This document shows positions 11,701 through 23,700 of a stretch of DNA of 64,000 nucleotides, in pieces (position 1 is the stretch's first letter; each line of letters opens with the position of its first letter). A model generated the notes under the pieces. It worked only from the letters and a program-made list of their open reading frames with translations, ran no database searches and was not told the DNA's origin. Origin of the DNA: Phoronis australis (taxonomy: Eukaryota > Animalia > Phoronida); contig NMRA01000247.1 of assembly GCA_002633005.1 (NCBI GenBank), forward strand, positions 221,208 to 285,207. Reading direction: 5' to 3'. The position numbers and the translations under genes were made by a program.

Positions 11701-14700
11701 TCTGTTTATTCACAACATTTCTATCACCAATAGCACATTCAAGTTTCTGGTTAAAAAATCAATAAGCCCGAACTGATTGTCACGCCTTGTCAGATCTCGT
11801 CTAGTCACCAGTTTTTATGTCTTAGATCAACATAATGCATTACAAGCGTAAGAGTGAAGGCTAACTGTTTTCTTGTGGACATAAATGGTTTCCAGCAACT
11901 CATTTTTGACATGATCTTTTAAATCAATATTGTATCAACATTCGAGTCAACTCAATTTTTAATTACATAGCAGTCTCACAGGTTTAACCTCTTCATGTTT
12001 TTGTGTTTTGTTTACCATGTTGCAGTTAAGAAAGTTAAAGCCTACCCAAACACTGTTGTACCATGTTTATACTACACACCTTAATCTTCTGCCTGTTAAC
12101 CTTGACAATCTCCTCCTTCCTGTTGGCCAAGTACTCCACCTTCTTCTTGTGTTTCTGCTCTTCTCTTTCCATCTCCAAGTCCAACTCTTGGTTGAAGCCA
12201 TTTAGTTCTGCCTCAATACGGCTCTTTTCAGAAGCTTCAAATTCTGCAAAGAATCATTAGCTACAGAACTGCTTGTAGTGAGAGAAAGCTCTTAAAAATT
12301 TCTGAACAGTCATTCATGGAACACTCCGCAGTTACAGGGTGCATTATTTGACTGTACTTCGGGAGCAAGTTTTCTGTTATACAGAATTTGTTGAATACAC
12401 GACACTTTTCATTTTTCACGGTCTTTATTCCGTTGCGTTCATACTTTCTGAACAAAACTCTACTCTCTACTGAACATAGATACAGTAATTGACCTAGCGA
12501 CATAATTAAAAAGACACACGATATTTCGAAACATACTTGTTTCATTCTCAAGTGAAGATAAAATGACGCAGTAATGCCACCACAGAGTATAAGCTGACGA
12601 CACACACAGTGAGACACGGCGGGTGTGAAATACTGCAAAGAATGACTAAAGAATTACTGCGTCATTTTATCTTCACTTGAGAATGAAACAAGTATGTTTC
12701 GAAATATCGTGTGTCTTTTTAATTATGTCGCTAGGTCAATTACTGTATCTATGTTCAGTAGAGAGTAGAGTTTTGTTCAGAAAGTATGAACGCAACGGAA
12801 TAAAGACCGTGAAAAATGAAAAGGTGCATTATTTGTGAACTTAGCACCACCGATGAAATGAGTAAGAAATGAGTCCCGAGTCAAACCCTAAAATTTGAGG
12901 TACGATGAAGAAATACATTTTGTGAATTAACCTTTCTCATTAATATCACAGATTAGAGGTATGTAAGGGCAAAATGTTTTCTGCACGATGTTGAATTTCA
13001 TTAAGCCAAAGAAAAGGATTTTTTTTATTTGAATGACTGTATGAAATATTGATAATGATGCGTGGGAGGAAACTGAGTTGTGATTCAAGAGAAAAGAAGT
13101 ACACCTCATAAAAAAAATTGTGTTAATGATATAATGACATTGATAATGAGACCCTCATGCAGGACATGAAGATTGCCTAGCCTGAGATAAACACAAATTA
13201 AAAAAATAATAAAGTCTGTTCAACCCATAGACCTTTAGGAACATTTTACGCCATTTTAGCAGCTGCTTAAGATAATGATATATGTGACAACACACCATTT
13301 AGTTTCTCATGTTACAGTATTTAGAATAATTCTACTTTCCACTGGAGCACTGTCAAACACACTTACCTTCTCGCTCTTTCCTCAGTTGTTCTTCTTTGTC
13401 ACGTCGTTGTTGCTCCAGCCTCGCTTTCACATTTTCCAGCTCTTCAGCCGCAGCACTCGCCTGTTCAGCACTCTGGTGATCAGGTGAGAATTCTTTCAAT
13501 GCATCTGCAAATTCTTTGTAGTGCCTCTCCTTCAGTTCTAGCTTGGCTCGTGCATACTGAACCTCCCAGTCAGTAACAGCGCCGCGTTCAATTGCCTTTT
13601 GCTCATCAGCCATTTTCTTGTCCAAATCATTGAGCTGCAGTTGGTGCTGATTCAAGAGTTGTGCCTTGCGTTGTTGCAACTCCTCAGGGTCAAGGTCTTC
13701 CTTCTACAAATTAAACATGATAGTGTACTAAAAAAAACTGAAAATGAAAATTCATTTTTTTGCAATATTGTTATTTTCACAATCATCTTTTCGAGTGGTT
13801 TGGTTGTTAGAGGGGCAGACGCCAAAAAAACAGCTTGAAAATAGTAAAAATGGCCACTAGATGGCGCAAAATGCCTCAAATCCATCCGAAAACAGGAGGA
13901 TAGCGTCAACTCATTACTAGATGCCTATGTGCCAAATTTCATGAAAATCGGTTAAGGACCTTTGAAAATAGAGGTAAGCTTAAAGAAATAAAATTTCCAC
14001 TAGGGGGCACAGCAGAATACAAGTCGGTCCGAAACTCGTCGCCCTGTGTAGTCAACCCCATAGGAACACACCTGCCAAATTTCAATAACATCCTGCAAGG
14101 GGTTTAAGAGATACAGCCGTGGACGCCGGACGCCAGACGCCCGGACACCCAGACATGACTGCAATATGCGACCACATACAAAAATTTGTGGGCGCATAAA
14201 AATAAATAGTGGAAATCACCCTTGTCTCACAGTTGTGTTTTACTGTGACAGAGTTGTGAATAGCACATAACGAAACTTTGTAATCATTCTGTAAGGATTC
14301 CATATAAGGACATTGGAATAAACACAGTAGGCCAATACTACCTTACATTTCAATCCATATATGGATCCCATACCCAAGTAAGTCATGATTGTTCTAGTAA
14401 GAAACATTTCTACTATGTTGAATAAAAAAAATAATTCAGAAGCACAAATGAAACAAGAATTTTTACATGCTGCCATTTTGTAATTGACTGAGATGTTTCG
14501 AAAGTTACTGTAAAATCCACTAGAGGCATCTGCCAAGCATGTGCACTCCATGGAATGGTTAATGGTAGCCGTGACACAAGTATAAACCTCCACTTAGTTA
14601 CGTTCTTTTTTCCTGCTTTTGCCTGTTATAAGCTGAAATGGTTTTGCCTGCTACAACATGTGCACAGAACCACGTGACATGTGGAAACATTTGTCATATG

Positions 14701-17700
14701 AAACATACCACAAGATTGGCCAATTCTTGTTCTTGTCTCTCCATCAACTTGTCCCGTAGCCCGTCATATTTGTCCAACATTTTACTGACAGCATCATCGA
14801 CCATGACTTTCTTTTTAGCAGCGAACTCTGAGTCAAGATCGCGCAACTCTTGAGCGTGCCTCTTGGCAAGCACAGAGCGGATAACCTTGTCCGAGTCTTC
14901 AATGCCATTCTCTTGAATGCCGTCAATCATGGCTTTCTGTTCCACCTCTTTAGCCTGACATACAAAAATTAACATATTAAGAACAAAACAGCTTAACTTA
15001 TTAATAAACACTAATAGAAGGACAGTTTGACATTACCAGGGATTTGATTACTCATAGGAGAGGCATAGTAATTTTATCATCTTATTCTGAGTTAAAAAGC
15101 ACCGTAAAAATCCCAATCTTAGTCATAAAGACAAAGTCATTATGTTTCACTTGAAAACTAACAGCTGACAAAAATAAAACATATACTAATACTATACCAT
15201 TATAACCCACTGTATCGGAGACTGGGGCTAGTCTGGCCCCATTTTTAAAAAAATTGAAATTCCCCATTGACTTCATTTTTGCAAGCTATTTGCAAACTTG
15301 CCAGAAATTTCTGAGACCGAGACTTCAGGATATATTGTTGATGAATTCACTGCATTTGCATTTGAAGTGACCAAGTCCAAAAGGTCAACTTTGCCAGCGC
15401 CGGGTCAACTTGAAACACCAAAAATAACAATATCAAAAATTTCCGTAAGTTCAACTATTAGGGGATGAATGAGACCCTAATGAAATTGTCAAACAAGCCC
15501 CTGGCAGGGTTATAAGAAATAGGGTAGTGTTCAAGAGCATCATACTGAATAGCACTGCACTCTCTAGATATACGTATAAAATATTTAGTAAAACCTAAGG
15601 CATCTTATGAGAAATGAAACTGAAAAAGGACCAAGAACTTTTCCACAAAGGAAGAAATATGCAAACATTCGGAAGTTCGCTATTTTGAACCGCCAGTGAT
15701 TTTCAACAACTGGCATCATCGCTGTATCTTGCTTTTTGTTCTAAACATGCCCAATTTCTGAACACGCCACGAGACAAAACTAGACAGTAAAATAGCACAA
15801 ATTGTGGTGCAATGTTCATCACATATATAATTTCTTCAATTTCTAGTAATAATTATCAGCCAATTTTGCCTTATCCAAGCAGAAAAAAGGACTTAAATGA
15901 CATGCTTCAAAAGCTTTACTCACTTTCTCTGTCCTAATGTCATCAAGTTCTTTCTTCTGTTCCAGCATCTCTTTAGTTAACTCCACATCCTGTTTACGAC
16001 GAAGCTCCGCCATCTTGCGACGCTTCCTTTCCGCCAGTTTTTCGCGCATGTTCAACTGCTGTCGTTCGCGGTCATTGTCAAGTTTATCGGCCAAGTCCTC
16101 CAGCTCTTGTTGATGAGCAGCAATGAGCTGGAATTTAAAATGTTGCAGATGAGATTCATGAGTCAACTCATAGTCCACCATCAGTTGTCATTATATCTCA
16201 AGAGCATTTTGAACACCTAGTTTCCGTTAAAACAGCAAAATCTTACAAAAATTTGCAAAATAAAGTGAGTGAAAAGTGAACGTTTCACGAGTAATAACTA
16301 GCTTATCCTTGCAAAATGGTGGCCTTTGAATTGATTGATTGGTGAAGTTTGAGTGTTGCACTGTGAGATTTAAGTCAGGCTTTCCTTTCCATAAGTGAAC
16401 AGAACTAAACCCAGGTCACTGTGGACAGTCTAGATAGTTATGCGCTACTCTCGTGATTTGTGACACCGCACAAAAATACAAACCAAAGTAAAGGGATGGT
16501 AAACCCAACTCAGTGACCTTGCAGTGTGACCTTGTGGTACATGAACTGACAATATTAGAAAGGGAGAAGGCCATGATGGCCACGTGTCCATATAGCAAAC
16601 ACATCGTATAAAAAAGAAGAAGGATCATTCGATTAACTTTAAGTGTCAAAAAAAATGTCAAAATGGCATTTGAACATGATAAAAAGATATGCCAGAAGGC
16701 ATTTATCCTTTATAAAACAATGTAAAGTAAAATAAGATCAGTCTGTCCACAATAAGCAGTTCTTAAGTTCTAAAGATAGAAGCAAGTATTTCACCATGGT
16801 AACAGTATTGTTAACAGAGACCAAGAAGGCATAAATGGCAAATACGAAGTTTACACTAACTGATGCCATTTATAGAGATCAGGTGAGAATAACAGAGACT
16901 GTGAATAATAAGTGTCAAGAACTGTCCATTCATGTGTAGAAGAGCTATGCCAGAACACTGTGGATATTGATAATGTGAAGTATTGTCCCAGGTCACTTTG
17001 TAAGCCTGGGATGTTCCAAAGTATCAAATGTTTTTGATGCGTTCATAATTTTGTGGGAAATGATAATGAATTACCAAATTTCGTGCAACTCTTGATACAA
17101 AAAAGCAAGAACACAAATCACGTTAATATTCCGGTGTAAGGTGCCCGTATTTTGAGAACAATTTATATCCACTGAATAACGGGCATCAAACTGGTTGTCA
17201 AAATATAAGCACATTATATCTGACTATTGCCTAACTCACAGCTGCCATCTGTTCATCTGTCAAGTCAGTACGAGCTGACAGTTCTGCTGCTTGACGATTC
17301 TTCTTCTCGTGGATTACTCTCGACCGTTCTCGCTCAAACTCGCTAATCAACTTTGCCTCTTCCTGGCTAGCCTCCTTGTCAAGTTCACTTGCCAATTGAT
17401 GGTGATGTTCGGAGTGTTTAATTCTCATTTGCTCTTTTGCACGCTCCTGAAAACAAACACAAACAGAATACAGTAATTAAAGTAACACTGTATCTAAGTC
17501 TTCAGATCAGTCTTTGGCCATTGTAGTGTGCAAAAACGTAGGAATTCACTATAAAACATAACGTTTCGCAAGCAAATCCAAACAGTACTCAGTTCTCATT
17601 CAAACAAACTCATTTTCAAAACTGAGAGTATTATTCATCACGAGACATAACACACATGACTATGAACAACAGAACATACAGTTTCTTTCATTTCAGACAT

Positions 17701-20700
17701 TCACTCCAGTAACAACCTTGGAGTTCTAAAATGTTTATAAAACGCAAGGACATTTTCCTAATGAAAACATTCCCTAATTATAAACAACTCTAAAAAACTT
17801 AAATACTGCATTCCTGTGACATTAGTTTAAAGTACCCATTACTGTCAAAGTAATGAGCAAATTTTATATCAAAACAAAACAATTAGGCAAAGGTTAAGAG
17901 TGCTGTCGAGCAATCAAAGAAAGGATTGTACACGTCTACATCAAGTGTTATCTTTATCACCTGCTCCCGCCTAAGTGCCTGCTCTTCAACACTTTCATCA
18001 TATCGTACATCTGGAGCACGGAACATGTCATCCATCTCATGCTGGGCCACACTCTGCTCCATCTGTCGCGTCTGTTCATCCATGAATCGCTGCGCAGCCT
18101 CGTCTTCACTCTGTCTCTTCTGCTCCTTCAACTTGCGGGCACGACGATTTGCAAGTTTAGCCTGTGCAAGAGAATTGATGGTAAAAGTTTTGGACATGGT
18201 TCCAGATTGCGGGACGGATACGATAAATAGTGCTTTTAACACAAAAATTACGTAAAGGTAAACTGTGTTTCAGTCTATATATTTCAAGGTGAACTAAAGA
18301 GCAATATGTACATTGGTCATGGTAAGTTTGATAACGAAGGACATGCAACATGCCATCATCAGTCTCACTCAGACCCTCACCTACCTGAAACTCGCTCAAC
18401 TGACGATCCTTCTGATTGGATAGTTCCTCTTCTAGCGCCTCTGACTGTTTCCTGTACTGATCCAAAATATGCTGTTGGCGAACGGCATCAATGTCGGGAT
18501 TGGACACGGATAGCTAGATAAGAAATAACAAAGACACTATACATTTGTACCAAATTAATCCATGAGTACAATGTAGGGGAAATAACTTCCAAAATACAAG
18601 TATTCATATACAACAAAGTTGGCTAAATCTAAGCTAACCTGCTTGACAACCTCCTTATGACCTTCCTTGACCTCATTGACCTTCTCCTCATTATGTACTC
18701 GGTTGATCTCCTTAACATGCTGCGCCTCCTCGTGGTCAAACTCAGCATTAACCTTGTCCACTTCAGCTCTGTGCTTCTTCTCCAACTCTGCCAGCACTCC
18801 CTCTAATTCTTCATGTCGTCCTTGTTGGATCAACTCCGTTGAGACCGACATTTTTTCTTGCTCAAAATCATCACGGATCTCGTCAAGCTTTTTGCGTCGC
18901 CGGTTGCCCATGCGCCTGCGCAGTTGGGCCAACTGGGTGCTTCGTTGTTTTTCGAGCCGGCGTGCTATCTCACCCTCAATGTCGAGTTGCCGTCGAATGG
19001 CATCATTTTTGGCCTCCTCAGAGATTACACCCTGATCCTGGAGGTTGTCCTGCAAAGCACAATGACAATCATTAATTGACTAGCTTCAGTTCTTTACTTA
19101 AATTTCTCTGTACAATGGTAATGTGCACTGTGGTAACTATCCTTTCCTGTATTTACACTTTCAATATTTTCAAAGGTGACTACATTGAACTGGTTTGACC
19201 ATACATATATTTGCTTTTAGGCAAACAACATGTTATTTGTTTTCTCAAAAGAGAATTTATTGCTTAATATGTGTGCGCATACCAACTGCTCCATGAGACC
19301 CTCTGACAATCCCTTCATCATATCATTGTTTGCCTGCTGCTCTATGTCAGACTGAGCATTGACGAGTCCAGCATGCTCTTCACTCAGCAAAGCTTCTAGA
19401 GACATCTGGTGGCTGGAGATCTTGTTCTCGGTGTTGTCTGGGCTTGCCACAGGCAATGGGAGACCAGCTTGGTCAGCCTAAAAACAATATTTTAAAAGTA
19501 ACAAACTACATACAAAACTAATAACTCACAATTTTGAAAACATATGACTATACAACCTGACCGCAAAAGAGGCAGTTCAAAAAGTAATCATTAGTACAAC
19601 AAGAGAAAAATGTTTTTCACTCTGACATGACTTCATATTCATTGAATCAATCCTTTCATTTCTTCCTAATTTGATTAATCAATGACATGGAAGTAATCCC
19701 CTTGAATAAGACCTAGGCAAATGAACAGACTAAAGCACACCCTTATGTCTCTTGTCAATGGATTAGCAACTCACCTCAGCTTTGTGTTTTTCATGAAGTT
19801 CCTGTTCTTTCCGACGTCGTTTTTCTGCCAGCTTACGCTCCAGCTCTGACAGACTTCGTTGTTTGTCATTGTCATGTTGCTGGAGCGCCCTCTCCAGGTC
19901 AGCTTGGTGAGCGGCCATTATGTCATTGATTTCAGACTCTGTCAAATTACCTGGTAAATACAGGAAAAACATGAAATGGCGTGAAGAAAACCAAGTTTTG
20001 AAAATGTATAAAAATGACAGTACTAGGAAAACCGGGAATGGAGTACGTAACCATGACATCCCCATCAAGAGGGAAACTTGACTTCAGTACATTCAAGATA
20101 TTTAAAAGGTGGGAGAATCATCAATCTAGAACCGGGCCCAAAGTCCTTCCAAGTTGACTGCAATCCTGCCAGTGAAATGGTGAGATATAAATAGTCAATT
20201 TTTAGTAATTATTGAAGTTAAATGGGTGAGAAACAGTTTAGTTCTCAGCTACATATTTTTACAAACTAAAACACTACAATCTACATGTAAAATCAGATAT
20301 TAATAAATTCCTAACAAATTACATATACACAACACAAAGATCATGATTACTATTACTATACAACATTTGGATTCTATGATATAAAATACCTTGCAGCTTG
20401 AAGGCAAGTTCCGCTGCTTTCTCCTCCAGGAGGCGCTGCCTTATAGACTCATAGTCTTGTATGACCTGGTCCAGAGCTTTTCCTTCGTTAGTATTCAGTT
20501 CTCTCTCTAAGTTAAGCTTCTCATTATTCTGTCGACGCAGCATCTCAGAGCTGCCTTGAAGCTGTGCATACACAAAACACAGGTATGAGATTGTTGGCAC
20601 ATAATTAATTCCAGGCAATTTGATAGAAATTACCTTGGGAGCATCAGTCATTATCTAACTGCACTCTGTATTGAGCCAAATATGGACAGTCTAGTCAAGC

Positions 20701-23700
20701 CTCAAGACTGAGGGCAAAAACTGAAAAATTAGTAAGCTTTATGAAAATCCAATAAAATGGTAAGGATATTCTATAGTCTTCTTCTTGCACAGGGCACACA
20801 AGTCCTCCTTTTCAATGCCCATTACCAACAAAGATCTTTTTCACAGAATCCGCATTACATTCCTTTCTCAAGAACCACAGTACTGTTTTTTCCATTTTCA
20901 GAGGAATCGTGAGTAAGCACACGCTTGACACAATATAACAACTGTACACTACAACTGATTACAACTGTGGTTTGTGAGCTGTGAAACAAAAACGCTGTTA
21001 GCAAAAACACTGGTGTGATTATCAGACCATCAAAGAAAGTTGTACGAGGCACAAATAAAGCTCAGTAGCAACATTCTATAACTTTTGACACCAGTTGAGG
21101 TCCTTGTCAGACCACTCATTAAAAGATAAACCTTACATAGAAAGATTTGTTACTTACATTGCGTTCAGTAGAAGACCTCATCAGGCTAGTCATGGCCGTT
21201 GCGTGCGATGATGTTGTAGTTCCACCGCCGACAAGACCAGCATGTCTGATCATCTCTTCAGTGATAGTAATGTTACCCGAGTTTAGACGGTCAAGAAGGA
21301 TCTTCAAAGCAGTCATCAACTCAGCCTCTCTAGTATTGCCACCTGTTGACACGAGGAAAGTCACTGACTAGGTTGAAAAAATGACACACTTTTCTTTAAT
21401 TACAGTCATATGTCAACTATTATAAGTAAAAACACAGTGACTGTTCTTATATCATATATTTGACCATTTTGTTAAACAAATTTATCTAGTAAATACTGTC
21501 ATATAGTTTTAAGTGAATGTATATTTTGATCAAAGATAACACCACATAGCTTTCAGAGTAATTTGACAACAAATTAGAAAACATAATGTTATATTGTTGT
21601 ATATACAAAAAACATGTGTAGCTGTGTGCAGCTGGTTGAGTGAGTGACACTTTAGAAATTGAGTACAAACAATTCGTGATTCCCACTTACTGGCAAACTT
21701 GTAAGTCTTCTGTAGACCACCCATTGTGAAGTTTGCGTTCACCATTGTGGGGCCGCCACCATCGGCACGCTGCAGTTGTTCAGTCTCGGCACCGTCGCCT
21801 CTACGACTCCTCTCTCGCTCAAGCTCTTCCAATTTAGAAACATCCAAATTGTTGAGCATATTCTTCAACTCTTCCGTCTGCCCACTCATTCGCTCATAAA
21901 AGTCCCGTAGATCCTGTTCCTGTTTAGCTAACTGTGCTGCCAAGTGGAGATTCTGGTCCTCCAATTTGTCGTACAGCACACGCACATTGAAGTTCTCCAA
22001 GTCAGCACCAACCTTCCACACTACAACAGAACAGAACAGATTATCTATTGACTATCTATATTGCACTACAATGAATGTCGTAAACAATTAAAGAGTAAAA
22101 ATTTCTGTTCCTGTAATGCATATTTTACATAAAATTCTCGACAATCTCAAGATGAAGTACTATTTTCATTGAGAATCTTAATTGCCTCAAAATGTAAAAA
22201 ATAATGGATCAAATAAATATTAATGAAAGCCACGGATAAATTATGCCAAGTTGAAACAGGTTAGGTGTTTCTAAGAGAAAAGCTTGCTTAGAATCTCACA
22301 AATACATTGGCACCAGTAGCAATTTTGTGTTGACACTATTATACCAACTTACCAACTGCATCAGCCAATCCAGACTCAACACTGCCACCAATTGAGTGAC
22401 CAGCATGTGACATGCTCTCTCTGCAACAGGAACAACACAATGAGAAATGTCTGCATAGAAGCCAATGGCATTATTCTTTAATATGTAAATTTAACTCCAT
22501 GTAGCATGGTAGATACTTGAGGGCGATGATAGCCAAAAATAGTGCTAGATCTTTTAATAAAACACCAAATTAATATGTTGATCTATTTTGAAAACCATTC
22601 TTGGCTGCAATAATAACAGTAATTTTTCACTAACTTAACACACAGCATAGCAAACGAGTGTTCTATTTTGACAAATTTCTACAAAAAAACAAGATTAAGA
22701 AGGATTCAGTCAATTACAAGCATGTTTTGTACTGTGCAGATATTATAAAAGAACATTTGGGTAAGTCTCCATTAGTTGATGCAAGGTAAGCAATTTTTAA
22801 AAATTGAAAACTGACAACTTTGGCAATTATTATTTTTGGGCAAAATAAGTGGAGAGTTACCGTACTAAACAAGAAATGTTTGTAATGAGCGAATGTGCAT
22901 CATGAAACAACGACATCAAAGACCGCAAGACAATGTACACGTCTGTATCCCAGGTTAGAATCACAACTCAGCTTTCAAGAGCATTGTTATAAAATAAAAT
23001 AAAAAATGCAGAAAGCTAACAATTTTTAGTATAAGAAATAAAAACCTCATCCATTACTCACTTGCCAGGCCAGTGGTCATCGTCATAGCGCATGTAGTGG
23101 GGTACAGGAGATGGCGCCCCCAGGCTGCGCCACTTGGGTGCCCAGTGCTTCATGGGATAGATGCCAGCATCACGAGGTCGCCAGACAATGACAGCAATGA
23201 CAACAGCCAGAACACATACAGCAAGGAACACCAGCATACCTAGACAGAACAGGGTGTAGTCTCCATAAAAACAATGCAGTTGTATTTAAATGTACCAAAT
23301 CAAGGCAAACTAGATGATTTTCCACACAAGAATTCTAGAAAATCCAGAGCACATCCACATCTTGCCATTTTTCAGTGAAAACACATAACATTCAATTTGG
23401 TTTGACACCACGGTAAAGCAAAATTCCCTAGTGCAGTAATATCAGTAGCCAGTAAAAAACAGTACGATTTTTCCTGGAGGTATTAGTTATGCTTTTTTAA
23501 AGCAGTGACGCACATGGTAGACCCGACTGGTTATATTATTAATCCTTTGAGACCTTATAATGTCACACATCAGCTTACCTATGATGAGGCCCCAGTCAGG
23601 TTCCTCATTAAGGCTCTCATTCTTCTGGACGCCAATGGCAACCAGATTATTGGAAGAAGATGACTTAACCCGTGACTCAGCAGCAGAGCATGTGGCACCG

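Larger units (their letters stand above)
13790..14203 (+). mobile_element. Non-autonomous Helentron-associated (HINE/DINE-like) repeat
   Basis: Two core modules with tgccaaatttca (13931 and ~14073), a (GGACGCC)-like microsatellite at ~14121-14153, and a 3' hairpin tatgcgaccaca...tgtgggcgcata followed by an A run. Confidence 0.65.

Noticed and set aside
17926-19079. Plus-strand Ser/Leu-rich ORFs suggesting an antisense gene
   Set aside because: They are shadow frames opposite E/K/Q-rich coding exons; the same applies to + strand ORFs opposite the Cys-repeat exons.
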